A DNA stretch of 61,943 nucleotides, the filler included. It is 5 parts of 5 records of this genome, joined end to end, with 100 filler letters (N's around TTAATTAATTAA, not from the genome) between each part and the next. Parts side by side here need not be neighbours in the genome. Positions count along the whole stretch, not along the records: positions 1 to 5,243 come from SRR31147125_24028; positions 5,344 to 29,189 come from SRR31147125_24071; 3 more parts are not named here. One strand, given 5' to 3'. Numbering within the stretch: the stretch's first letter is position 1; every line of letters starts with the position of its first letter. This document shows positions 1 to 9,852 of this stretch, one piece after another. Below the pieces are notes generated by a model. The model did not search any database and was not told where the DNA came from. It saw nothing but the letters and a program-made list of their open reading frames with translations. The position numbers and the translations under genes were made by a program.

Positions 1-2
1 AA

Positions 3-1294
3 AAATATGGATTTTTCCCTTCTTTTTCAGCGGGGTGGAGAATCTCAGAAGAGGCGTTTATGGCGGGAATGGAAAAGGTTGACAATTTGAAGCTTAGAAC
101 TTCTTGGGGGCAGTCGGGAAACCTTGCAGGTTCACCTAACCAGTATTCCAGTTCGCTTGTTTTATATAGTGATTCTCACCCATTTGGCAATACCCCAACC
201 CAAGGAGTTTATGCAAGCCGCGAAGGAAATCCGAATATAACCTGGGAAAAAGCAAACAAGTTTAATGTAGGAGTCGATTTTACTTTGTTTGGAGGATTAT
301 TGTCGGGTGAAGTAGATTACTTTAACGAAAACCGCGATAACATGTTGTTGAGCCCTGCAGCCACAGTACCACAAGAATATGGTATCGCATTAGGGCAGGT
401 AAATGCCGGCAAAATGAAAAACAACGGTATTGAATTTTTATTGAGCAGTAGAAAGCAATTTGATAACGGATTGAAAGCAGGTTTAACAGCTACATTTACG
501 TATGCACATAATGAGCTGATTGAAATTTTTGAAAACCCTGTTACAGCAGAAGATCCGATACGTTCGCGCACTGGTAAAGAACTTGGGGCATTTTTTGGTT
601 TGGTTTCCGACGGTTTGTACCAGCTTTCTGACGATATAAATGGCGATGGAATTATTAATGCCGAGGATGGATTCCCGGAATCTCAACTGGGTGGAGAAGT
701 TAAGCTAAAGGTAGTATTAAATTTTTGGATATCAACGAAGATGGTATTGTTGATGCAACTGATGAACAACAAATTGGTTCCCCTGCTATTCCTGAAATTA
801 TTTACAGTTTAGCTGCCGATTTATCGTGGAAAGGATTCGACCTGAATGTAATGTTCCAGGGCGCAGCAAATGTTTCAACATATATGGAAGGTTCATTCAT
901 AGATGCCTTTGGTTCAAATCGTAACTTTGCTAGCTTTTTGTTGAATGACAGCTGGACGCCGGAAAACCCGGATGCCCGTTTCCCGGCACTTTCTCCAAAT
1001 GGTTTAAATGGACATAACGAAACTCCTAGATCAACCTTTTATATGTTAGATGCCGCTTACCTGCGATTAAAATATGCTGAGTTTGGTTATACCTTGCCCG
1101 AAGCATGGACCGAAAGAGTAAAGTTAGGTTCAGTGCGCTTATATGCTTCTGGTGTGAACCTTTTAACCTGGTCGGAACCGCTCAAATATGGCATTGATGC
1201 AGAAGCTTCAACACATGAGGGTGATGGTTCAGCAAGAGGCTGGTACCATCCACAACAAAGAACATTTACCTTCGGTATTAATGTTAATTTTTAA
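3..1294 (+). CDS. susC: SusC/RagA TonB-dependent transporter, 3' part (5' truncated; apparent frameshift at ~702-710)
   Basis: Frame from nt 3 reads KYGFFPSFSAGWRISEEAF...LKLRTSWG...NPNITWEK. The second frame continues GSIKFLDINEDG...DAAYLRLK and ends RTFTFGINVNF (C-terminal Phe of OM beta-barrel). ORFs 60..812 and 725..1294 are one gene. Confidence 0.93.
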
Positions 1295-1327
1295 GTAGGA
1301 ATTGTAAACCATAAAGAAATCTAAAAA

Positions 1328-3121
1328 ATGAAACGAATAAATAAAATATTACCAACATTACTTGCAGTATTCCTTTTGTTAGGAACGTATTCCTGCAAGG
1401 AAGAGTTTCTGGAAATAACACCAAAGAACCAGTTGTCGACCGAAGCGGTATTTGAATCAGAAGCTGGGGGCGACTTGTTTATGAACGATATTTACAAATC
1501 GCTGCCAGATTATGAATCATCTGACGCTTGGGCTACTAAGGATACCAGGTACGTGGACCAGCACGGCACTCACACACATTTGAATATGTGGTCGCATTAC
1601 TATACCGGTAAGTTTACCTGGACTCACGACTACACTTCTAAACAGCAAAGACCTTATACCGGTTCATCATATAATAGCCTATATCATCACGGTTATCCAT
1701 CAGTACCTTTTATGTACAACAAGGTTATACCCTTTATCAGGAATACCAACTTCTTTATTGAAACCGTTGAATCAATGGAGGAGAATTATACAGAAGAATG
1801 GCGGATAAAAAGATTAGCTGAAGCAAGGGTAATAAGGGCATTTTTTTACACCGAACTATGGAAAGGCTATGGTGGTGTTCCTTTAATTACGGAAGTATTG
1901 GATCAGGCGACCATGGGCGATGATATTTTTAGACCCAGTGCAAGTATTCAGGAGGTTTACGATTTTATTGTGATAGAACTAGGCGAAGCGGCGAATGACT
2001 TGCCTGATGAAGTAGGCAAAGGCCATGTTACCAAAGGGGCTGCCCTTGCATTAAAAGCATCTGTTGAATTGCATATGGCTGGAATTGCTGCCGAACCCAA
2101 ACCGGCAGGTATTGGCACTTTTGGCGACCCAAATAACTATTTCGATGCCTGTGCAAAAACATGCGAAGATATAATGGGTTTGAATACCTATAGCCTGTTT
2201 CCAGACTATAACAACCAGTTTTTGGAAGGCAATAACTGGAATTCGGAATCGATATGGGCATTGCCTCATGCTGCAAGTACTAATCCGTCACTCCGTACCT
2301 TAAGGCACGGACCCTATGCATCATGGCATCCGGGCGGACCAAATGCAAGTTACATGCCAACTCAGGAATTGATAGATATGTACCGCATGGATAACGGTTT
2401 ACCCATTGACGATCCTGCATCAGGATACGATCCCTTGAAACCGTTTGAAAATCGTGAGGAGCGTTTTTACCAAAGTATACTTTATGATGGAGCAAGCTGG
2501 GCAGACCACAAATTTACACTTACCGGAGGTAATGGAGGTACCCAAAGGCTGATTAAGGGGTCGGAAAGCGCTACAAATACAGGATACCGCCGCATAAAAG
2601 GAACAAATCCATCTCTGACTACAGCCGACGATTTACGCACGGCAGAAGCATGTAATAATCCCGTATTCAGATACGCCGAAGTGCTTTTAATGTATGCCGA
2701 AGCAAAATTTAGCATGGGACAGGCTGACCAGACTGCTATTGATGCAGTGGATGCAGTAAGAGTACGCGGAGGTCTGCCAACAATTAGCGAAACCTATGGT
2801 GGCGTACCTTCAATAGATGAATTAATGGATGTTATCTGGCACGAACGTGCCGTGGAATTGTCGTTCGAGGGTTACAAACATTTTTGGGATCTTATCAGAA
2901 CCCGCAAAGCTGAAATCTACCTGAATCAACCTATTACCGGAATTCGTGATGCAGATAACGATGGCGTGTATGAACCTTTTGTTATAGTTAATAGTATTTG
3001 GACAAGCGATCATTTTTACCAGTTCCCATTTTATATTGATTGGTTGGAAAAAAATCCGGTTTGGATGGATGATGCAAACCAGGTAAATGGAAGAACTGCA
3101 GGACAAAATATTGGATATTAA
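1328..3121 (+). CDS. susD: SusD/RagB glycan-binding lipoprotein
   Basis: Lipobox TYSC; motifs AEARVIRAFFY, YGGVPL, FRYAEVLLMYAEA, ERAVELSFEG; directly after susC. Confidence 0.95.
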   Translation: MKRINKILPTLLAVFLLLGTYSCKEEFLEITPKNQLSTEAVFESEAGGDLFMNDIYKSLPDYESSDAWATKDTRYVDQHGTHTHLNMWSHYYTGKFTWTHDYTSKQQRPYTGSSYNSLYHHGYPSVPFMYNKVIPFIRNTNFFIETVESMEENYTEEWRIKRLAEARVIRAFFYTELWKGYGGVPLITEVLDQATMGDDIFRPSASIQEVYDFIVIELGEAANDLPDEVGKGHVTKGAALALKASVELHMAGIAAEPKPAGIGTFGDPNNYFDACAKTCEDIMGLNTYSLFPDYNNQFLEGNNWNSESIWALPHAASTNPSLRTLRHGPYASWHPGGPNASYMPTQELIDMYRMDNGLPIDDPASGYDPLKPFENREERFYQSILYDGASWADHKFTLTGGNGGTQRLIKGSESATNTGYRRIKGTNPSLTTADDLRTAEACNNPVFRYAEVLLMYAEAKFSMGQADQTAIDAVDAVRVRGGLPTISETYGGVPSIDELMDVIWHERAVELSFEGYKHFWDLIRTRKAEIYLNQPITGIRDADNDGVYEPFVIVNSIWTSDHFYQFPFYIDWLEKNPVWMDDANQVNGRTAGQNIGY

Positions 3122-3169
3122 TATATGTCGCACAGATTATAGTTTAGTTAGTTAGTTTGATTAGTTAGT

Positions 3170-3216
3170 ACAGGTTAACGGAATATGGGGTGCGAATCCC
3201 CATATTCCTTACCTGT
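3170..3216 (+). terminator. Long hairpin after susD (terminator/stabilising stem), preceded by TTAG-rich tract
   Basis: ACAGGTTAAC-GGAATATGGGG...CCCCATATTCC-TTACCTGT inverted repeat followed by T-rich sequence. Confidence 0.65.
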
Positions 3217-3329
3217 TAACTTTTCTTTGGTATTGCAACACAGGCTGTTATTTCATCTGTTTTTGAACTAAGATGGAGGTTTGTAACAATGATAAATAAT
3301 TAGAAATAAGCAAACACAAATACATTTTC

Positions 3330-5243
3330 ATGAACAATTTAATGCAAAAATCGAATAGAAATAATAGCATCGTATTATTGCTCTTTATCTTTCTGTTTTC
3401 GTTTCAAGGATATGCACGCGAAGTTGTTATAAATGCCAAAGATTACGGGTTAAAACCAAGTGAAGATGCAGTTCCGGCATTACGCAGTGCATTGGAGGCA
3501 TGTGTCGAAAAAGGAGCTTCAAAACTCATTATCCCTAAAGGAAAATACAATTGCTACCCCGGAAAAGCCACCGAAAAATACCTTAGAGTTAGCAATAACG
3601 ATAACGGGATGAAACGTATTCTTTTCCCGCTGGAAGGTATGAAGGACTTTGAAATCGACGGACAGGGTTCTGAATTTATTATGCATGGGCAAATGGTGGC
3701 TATTGATGTGGATAATTGCACAAACATTAAACTAACTAATCTCAGCATCGACTGGAATAAACCTTTCTATTTTCAAGCAGAGGTAGTGGCTGTTAATGAA
3801 GAAAACAATTCATTTGATTTACAAGTACATGACGAATGTGATTATGAAATAGTTGCAAACGAATTGTTGTTTCTGGAGAAAGCAAAAAAAGCTATCAGAC
3901 CCTGGATAAGATGGTCTATTCCCCTTGAGGATGATTATGGTTGGGAACAAACTATAGATTGGAATATATGGTACGATTCGAAAACCAAAGCACCGGCATT
4001 TAACCACGGGGCAAGCCTTTTAAAAAGTTATAACGAGAAGAAAAAAGTCCGCTACCATGCAGAGGAGTTGAATCCCGGTTTAGTAAGATTTTTCGATGCC
4101 ACCAATGTTTTGCCCAAAACTGGTTGGGTATTGGTTGTTAAAGGTCGTAAAGAACGTAACCGTATTTCCCCTGCCATTCATTTATATCATAACAAAAATG
4201 TAGTAATCGAAAATGTGAATGTACACCATGCCGGTGGAATGGGGTTGATAGGTGAGCGTTGTGAAAACGTTACCTTAAATAATTTTAATGTAGTATTGCC
4301 ATCCAACTCGAAACGAATGGTGACCACCACAGCCGATGCTACCCACTTTGTGAATTGTAAAGGACTATTAGCATATGACAACTGTACTTTTGAGAACATG
4401 CTGGACGATGCAGGTAACTTTCATGGAATTTACACCAAGGTAGAAGGTTTAGTTGATGATTATACAATTGGCGTACGCCGTATGCATGGTCAGCAGTTAG
4501 GTTTCCAGTTTGCCGAGGCCGGCGATTCCATCCGATTAAGCGACAGTAAACCCATGAAGCCTTACGCCACCTTAAAAGTTGTTGAAGTAAAAGAGTATAA
4601 CGAAGAGTATATGACACTTCGTTTTGATAAGAATGTGAGTGAAATATTGCATTCAGGCAGCGTGGCTGATAATTTGAGTTGGCAGGCAAATGTGTCTATG
4701 AAAAATTCTGTGGTAAGGCGAAACCGGGCACGTTCAATACTTATATCTACACAAGGCGATGTATTAATAGAGAATAATAATTTTAGTACCTGCACAGGGT
4801 TTAGCCTTTTGTTTGAAGGCGACGCCACGTACTGGCACGAGTCGGGCCCTGTAAAAAATGTTATCATCCGCAACAACCATTTCAAGGATTTTGGCCTGGG
4901 GAATGGCAATAGTCAAGTTCTTCGTTTTACACCACGTGTTGCTTTCGACGATATTCCCAATCATTATTACCATAAAAATGTAATTTTCGAGAATAACATG
5001 TGTGAAATATCGAGCAGAGTTTTGGTATTTGCTAATTCGGTGGAAAACCTGGTTATAAAAGGAAATACGATACTTCCAAGTAAAGATTATCCCTTATCCA
5101 AATCGAATGCACCGGTTTTTGAATTTACCAAATCAAAAGATGTACGAATAGAGAACAACGAATATTTGTGGGACAAAGAGGCAACTATAAAAACAGATAA
5201 GTATAGCAATGTAATTTTGAAAGGGAATAAAGGGATTCAAAAA
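3330..5243 (+). CDS. GH110-family alpha-galactosidase-like beta-helix protein (runs into contig end)
   Basis: Signal peptide; SNND motif, TTTADATHF and ENMLDDAGNFHG catalytic-Asp region, RNRARSIL typical of GH110. Confidence 0.82.
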
Positions 5244-5343
5244 NNNNNNNNNNNNNNNNNNNNNNNNNNNNNNNNNNNNNNNNNNNNTTAATTAATTAAN
5301 NNNNNNNNNNNNNNNNNNNNNNNNNNNNNNNNNNNNNNNNNNN
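5244..5343. other. Artificial contig linker
   Basis: N-run + TTAATTAATTAA (stops in all six frames) + N-run; composition and gene content change across it. Confidence 0.98.
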
Positions 5344-5371
5344 GCGGAGTATTCTGTTTTTCATTGTTCAT
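5344..5371 (-). CDS. 5' end of a gene truncated by contig end (MNNEKQNTP...)
   Basis: ATG at 5371 preceded by GAGGAG SD on the minus strand. Confidence 0.5.
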
Positions 5372-5515
5372 TAAAAAATGCTCCTCTGCAATAATACGAT
5401 TATAATAGTCCAAATTGTTGAAAAATGCAACAAAAAGCAAAAGCCACAGGCACCGAAACGGGATATTCCCGGACGGCTCCTGGCTTCGCTTTGCTAAGGA
5501 CATTAATGTCCCCAC

Positions 5516-5708
5516 CTACCTATTTGCTTTTTTCGCCGTTATGGTTGTAGTTTTCACGTCGTCATTCTCCTGATAATCCGGGTGTCCATACCCGAGAATT
5601 TTAGCATAGCTCAACGGATAGTCCTTCTTTGCCACCCCGCCGCCTTTTGGCAATCAGTGTCGAGCCGCCCGACGTGTTGCCTTCGACGGTATAGACCCGG
5701 CGGGCATC
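5516..5708 (-). pseudogene. Remnant of CHAP-domain (phage endolysin-type) amidase, C-terminal fragment
   Basis: Manual translation: DARRVYTVEGNTSGGSTLIA /frameshift/ GGGVAKKDYPLSYAKILGYGHPDY. The catalytic Cys/His part and start codon are absent. Confidence 0.75.
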
Positions 5709-5839
5709 AGGCTCTTTATTTTTTTGCGTAAACTATCTATTAAGACGACCCGTCATAATCTATTTTTTACATAAAGTGTTAATTTCCATCACGTATTATG
5801 ATATAATCAACGTAATACATAAAAAAAGGAGACAGGGCT

Positions 5840-6160
5840 ATGATCGTTACGACAACACCGTCTATCGAGGGAAAAACCATAAAAGAATACAAGGGCATCG
5901 TCGTCGGAGAAGTTATCAGCGGCGTGGACTTTATCAAGGATTTTGCCGCCGGGCTGTCAAATTTCTTTGGCGGCCGCTCGCAGAGCTACGAGGGCGAATT
6001 GATTGAAGCGCGGGAATCGGCCCTTCAGGAAATGCAGATCCGGGCTGAGCGCCTGGGCGCCAACGCCGTCGTCGGTATCGACATCGACTATGAGGTCCTC
6101 GGCAGTGGCAACAACATGCTGATGGTCACCGTGTCAGGCACGGCCGTATACGTCGAGTGA
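5840..6160 (+). CDS. ybjQ: YbjQ/UPF0145 family putative heavy-metal-binding protein
   Basis: [47 protein letters not shown], 106 aa; GGAG SD. Confidence 0.93.
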   Translation: MIVTTTPSIEGKTIKEYKGIVVGEVISGVDFIKDFAAGLSNFFGGRSQSYEGELIEARESALQEMQIRAERLGANAVVGIDIDYEVLGSGNNMLMVTVSGTAVYVE

Positions 6161-6199
6161 ATTTCAGCCTGGCCTAGAAGTTACATTCAATCATCTGAT

Positions 6200-6277
6200 T
6201 TTGGATAATTAAGTTTTGGATAATTAAGTATTGAATAAGAGCCTTGAAAACGTGTATTACCATACGTTTTCAAGGCT
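6200..6277. repeat. 15-bp tandem direct repeat (TTTGGATAATTAAGT x2) followed by a 14-bp inverted repeat
   Basis: 6200-6214 = 6215-6229; AGCCTTGAAAACGT...ACGTTTTCAAGGCT at 6240-6277. Confidence 0.8.
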
Positions 6278-6390
6278 TTCGTGCTGTTATTGAGCTGTTT
6301 CGGACAAACCGATATGTTTTTATATCACTTCTCATAAACATTAATAATCCACAAACACTACCAACAACAATAACGCGAGGGATCAGAACA

Positions 6391-7455
6391 ATGAGAAAAG
6401 ATGGCGTATCAACTTATAAGGTTGCCGCGACTTATATCGGGACAATTGTCGGGGCCGGCTTCGCCACGGGTCAGGAAATACTGCAGTTTTTTTCGCAATT
6501 CGGCATCATGGGATTTGCCGGGCTTTTTATCAGCACCATTCTGTTTATTGTATTCGGCGCGATCATCATGCGCCTGGGCAAACAGCTTCATGCCCGCTCG
6601 CACATGGAAATCATACGCTATTCCGGCGGCCGGTTTCTCGGGGCGATTTTTGACTTTATCATCACCTTTTTCCTTTTCGGCGCTCTCACGGCAATGATAG
6701 CAGGCACCGGCGCGCTTGTTTCACAGCAGTTCATTCTGCCGGAGCTGGCCGGCAATATAATTATGGCAGTACTAACAGCCATAACGGTTTTAACCGGGAT
6801 TAACGGCGTTATTAACTCCATAAGCTTTGTAGTGCCGTTTCTGCTGATTGCCGTTACCGGCACAAGTATCTATTCAATCCTAACGTACCCGCCCGATATC
6901 ACGGCGGTGGCCAGTGTCGGTGACAACAGCCTGATCTCAAATTGGCTGCTGGCAGCCGTACTATATATATCCTATAATACCATCATATCGGTCGCCGTTC
7001 TTGGTCCGCTTGGGGTAAAGGCGAAAAACCAAAATGCCATCAAAGGCGGCGCGATTTTAGGCGGCCTGGGCTTAGGTCTGGGCTCTATCATGATTTTTTT
7101 AGCCCTATCGGGCCAGCTTCAAAGCATTGCACAGCTGGAGGTGCCGATGATTTTTATTGCGGATGCCATTTCTCCGGTTGTACAGATTATTTATACGATC
7201 ATCCTGATTGCAGAAATCTATACGACGGCGGTTGGCTCGCTGTATGGGTTTGTGTCGCGGGTCTCCGAATTTAAAGGCATCCGCATGAACAACAAAACAA
7301 CCGTACTTGTTATAACCCTGGTCGCTTTGCTGGCCAGCCAGTTCGGCTTTTCCAACCTCGTCAAATACCTGTATCCCGTCGTTGGATATGGCGGCATCAT
7401 CTTACTGATTAGTCTTATTTATGTTGAATTCAAACGTAGAAGGCGGCCGATTTAA
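6391..7455 (+). CDS. ykvI: YkvI-family membrane protein
   Basis: YIGTIVGAGFATGQEILQFF, about 10 TM helices, GFSNLVKYLYPVVGY; ATG 6391 with GAGG SD. Confidence 0.88.
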   Translation: MRKDGVSTYKVAATYIGTIVGAGFATGQEILQFFSQFGIMGFAGLFISTILFIVFGAIIMRLGKQLHARSHMEIIRYSGGRFLGAIFDFIITFFLFGALTAMIAGTGALVSQQFILPELAGNIIMAVLTAITVLTGINGVINSISFVVPFLLIAVTGTSIYSILTYPPDITAVASVGDNSLISNWLLAAVLYISYNTIISVAVLGPLGVKAKNQNAIKGGAILGGLGLGLGSIMIFLALSGQLQSIAQLEVPMIFIADAISPVVQIIYTIILIAEIYTTAVGSLYGFVSRVSEFKGIRMNNKTTVLVITLVALLASQFGFSNLVKYLYPVVGYGGIILLISLIYVEFKRRRRPI

Positions 7456-7510
7456 AGCCGCCCCGTGCCGGGATATGACAATAGTACAGCCGGATGCCAG
7501 GCTGTATTAT

Positions 7511-9469
7511 TTAGTGCGTATCGGCCAGCTTGAATTTGGACACCTGCTCGCGCAGAATTTCCGCCTGACTTAAAAGCTCCTGGCTGGCGGCCGCTGTCTG
7601 CTGGGAGGTTGCCGAATTCACCTGGACGACGTCCGAAATTTGCTGGAGGTCTTTTGTCACACTCATGATCTCGGTGGACTGCATGGTCGACGCCCGGTCT
7701 ATTTCCAAAATAGAGCTTTCCGCCAATCCGGCCTTTTCCGTAACCTGCTGGAAAATCGTTGCCGTGCTGTCGGCCAGATCATAACCTTCCTTGACGGTCA
7801 GTATGGAATTATTAATGAGCTCGGACGTCTGCTTTGCAGCTTGAGCCGACTTGGACGCGAGATTTTTCACCTCCTCGGCAACAACGGCAAAGCCCTTGCC
7901 GGCCGTTCCGGCCCGCGCGGCTTCCACCGCCGCGTTGAGCGCCAAGATGTTCGTCTGGAAGGAAATATCGTCGATAGTCTTGATGATGTTACTGATTTGC
8001 ATGGAGGAATCCTTAATCGCTTCCATGGCTGCCAGCATTTTCGTCATCTGCTCGTTTCCTGTCGTGACACTCGCCGCCGCTTGCTCCACGTATTCCTTGG
8101 CCCGACGGACATGCTCGGCATTAATTGAGGCATCTTCTGAAATCTGCGTGATGGAATCCGTCAGGCGCAGGATTGCTTCCGACTGATCCCCCGAGCCCTC
8201 CGCCAGGCCCTGCGCAGATGAGGACAGCTGATCGGCGCTGCCGCTAAACTGTATAGCCGACTGGTTGACAACCTCAAGCGTACTGTTGAGCGAACGCATA
8301 ATGTTGTTTACGGCATTTTGAATCGGCATAAAATCACCGACGTATTCAACACCGCTGCTGACGGTGAAATCGTTCTCCGACATGGCGGTGAGGATGAAGC
8401 TGATATCGGAGATGTAGCTGCGCAGCTGCGTTATCATAGTCTGCATCGCTCCCGTCAGCATGGCGATCTCATCTTTTCGAGTGCCGGTGTCAAGCTTGAC
8501 ATCCAGCTTTCCGCCGGCCAGCATTTCAGACGCCCGGGTCAGCTTAAGCATCGGCTGTTTGATATTTTTGTTAACAAACGCCAGCAGAATAATACCGCAA
8601 ATAATGACGACAATCGGAACGGCAATCAGGATATGCAGGAAGGTTGCCCTTGTGGCAGCCATCGCGTTTTCTCGTGATATACCGGCAAACACAATACCGA
8701 CGACGTCGCCGTTCGTATCGCGCAGAGGTTCATATTTAGTGATAAACGGCATTTCCAGGATGTCCGCCTTACCCTCGTAGAGCTGCTCGTTCTCCAGCAG
8801 TATTTTGGCAATCGTGCTGTCCAACTTCGTCCCCACAACGCGTTGGCCATCCTTTTTAATCGTGGTCGCGATTCTTTCATCGCCCGCAAATATCGTCAGT
8901 TCCGTGTTGTGCAAGGCCTTCAGTTCGTCAAGAATATCGGCGCTAAAAACATAACCCGTCACAACCGCTCCAATCATTTTCCCGCTGTCGTCGTAAATGG
9001 GGGCGCCGCTGCGGGTAGACAGGCGAACGAGCGCGCCGGGTTCAAGCGTCGTGGACGTGCTGCCGGCAAGAGCCTTTTGCACATTGGTCTGGCTCAGAAT
9101 ATTGTCCCCATATTTATCCGGCTCGTGCTGGCGGATGATCACATTGCCGTTTACGTCCGTTATGCTGATAGTATCCATCTGCAACGTCCCGTTAAAGCTG
9201 TCCAGCGCCGATTTGAGCGTATTAAAATCATTTTTCTTCAGGGCGTTGATAACCCGGTAATCCTGTGAAATTGACACGGCACTTTTTTCCGACTGATCCA
9301 GCATTTCTGTAATCTTCCCATTTAAATCATTGAGTGCCGACGTCACCCGCTCGTAGCTGACGGTATCGTTATAGGCGGCATTATCCATTAAAATAATACC
9401 GGATATAAGTGATATAGATAAAATAACCATAGCTAAAACAAAAACCAGGATTTTCGCACTCATTTTCAT
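7511..9469 (-). CDS. Methyl-accepting chemotaxis protein (Cache sensor, HAMP)
   Basis: Two TMs, periplasmic Cache-like region, [32 protein letters not shown]. Confidence 0.95.
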   Translation of the reverse strand: MKMSAKILVFVLAMVILSISLISGIILMDNAAYNDTVSYERVTSALNDLNGKITEMLDQSEKSAVSISQDYRVINALKKNDFNTLKSALDSFNGTLQMDTISITDVNGNVIIRQHEPDKYGDNILSQTNVQKALAGSTSTTLEPGALVRLSTRSGAPIYDDSGKMIGAVVTGYVFSADILDELKALHNTELTIFAGDERIATTIKKDGQRVVGTKLDSTIAKILLENEQLYEGKADILEMPFITKYEPLRDTNGDVVGIVFAGISRENAMAATRATFLHILIAVPIVVIICGIILLAFVNKNIKQPMLKLTRASEMLAGGKLDVKLDTGTRKDEIAMLTGAMQTMITQLRSYISDISFILTAMSENDFTVSSGVEYVGDFMPIQNAVNNIMRSLNSTLEVVNQSAIQFSGSADQLSSSAQGLAEGSGDQSEAILRLTDSITQISEDASINAEHVRRAKEYVEQAAASVTTGNEQMTKMLAAMEAIKDSSMQISNIIKTIDDISFQTNILALNAAVEAARAGTAGKGFAVVAEEVKNLASKSAQAAKQTSELINNSILTVKEGYDLADSTATIFQQVTEKAGLAESSILEIDRASTMQSTEIMSVTKDLQQISDVVQVNSATSQQTAAASQELLSQAEILREQVSKFKLADTH

Positions 9470-9793
9470 CTCTTCTCACCTGTTATCATGATAGACATTA
9501 TTTCATTCTCTCTTTCTGTATTAAAGTACCGTACTTAATGCAACACGAATAATTAGGGCTCGTTAACCGCTCATATAGTTCTTCGTATGATCAATTTAAA
9601 ATGTAAAGGTGCAAAAAATGATTTTGTTATTATAGATAAAAAAACTTTTGGGGGGCCAAATGCACGGAGCAAAATGGCTAACCGCCGCGCAGCAAAACGA
9701 GGCATCGGCACCTTTTGTCCTTTTCAGTTCATCCGGGATTCATTGTCCTTTCAGTCGTGTCCAAGCCTATGGGTCAGGCATGCGCGGTCATTG

Positions 9794-9835
9794 AAAAAGC
9801 CCCCCGAATCGCTCAAAATCTGCGATTCGGGGGGC
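9794..9835 (-). terminator. Rho-independent terminator of upstream MCP
   Basis: GCCCCCCGAATCGC/GCGATTCGGGGGGC stem, with T-tract on the minus strand. Confidence 0.8.
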
Positions 9836-9852
9836 GTCTTTGCGGTTATTTA

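Noticed and set aside
5244..5343. TTAATTAATTAA palindrome recurring four times
   Set aside because: Identical and centred in N-runs: an artificial stop-in-all-frames linker. Gene adjacency across linkers is meaningless.
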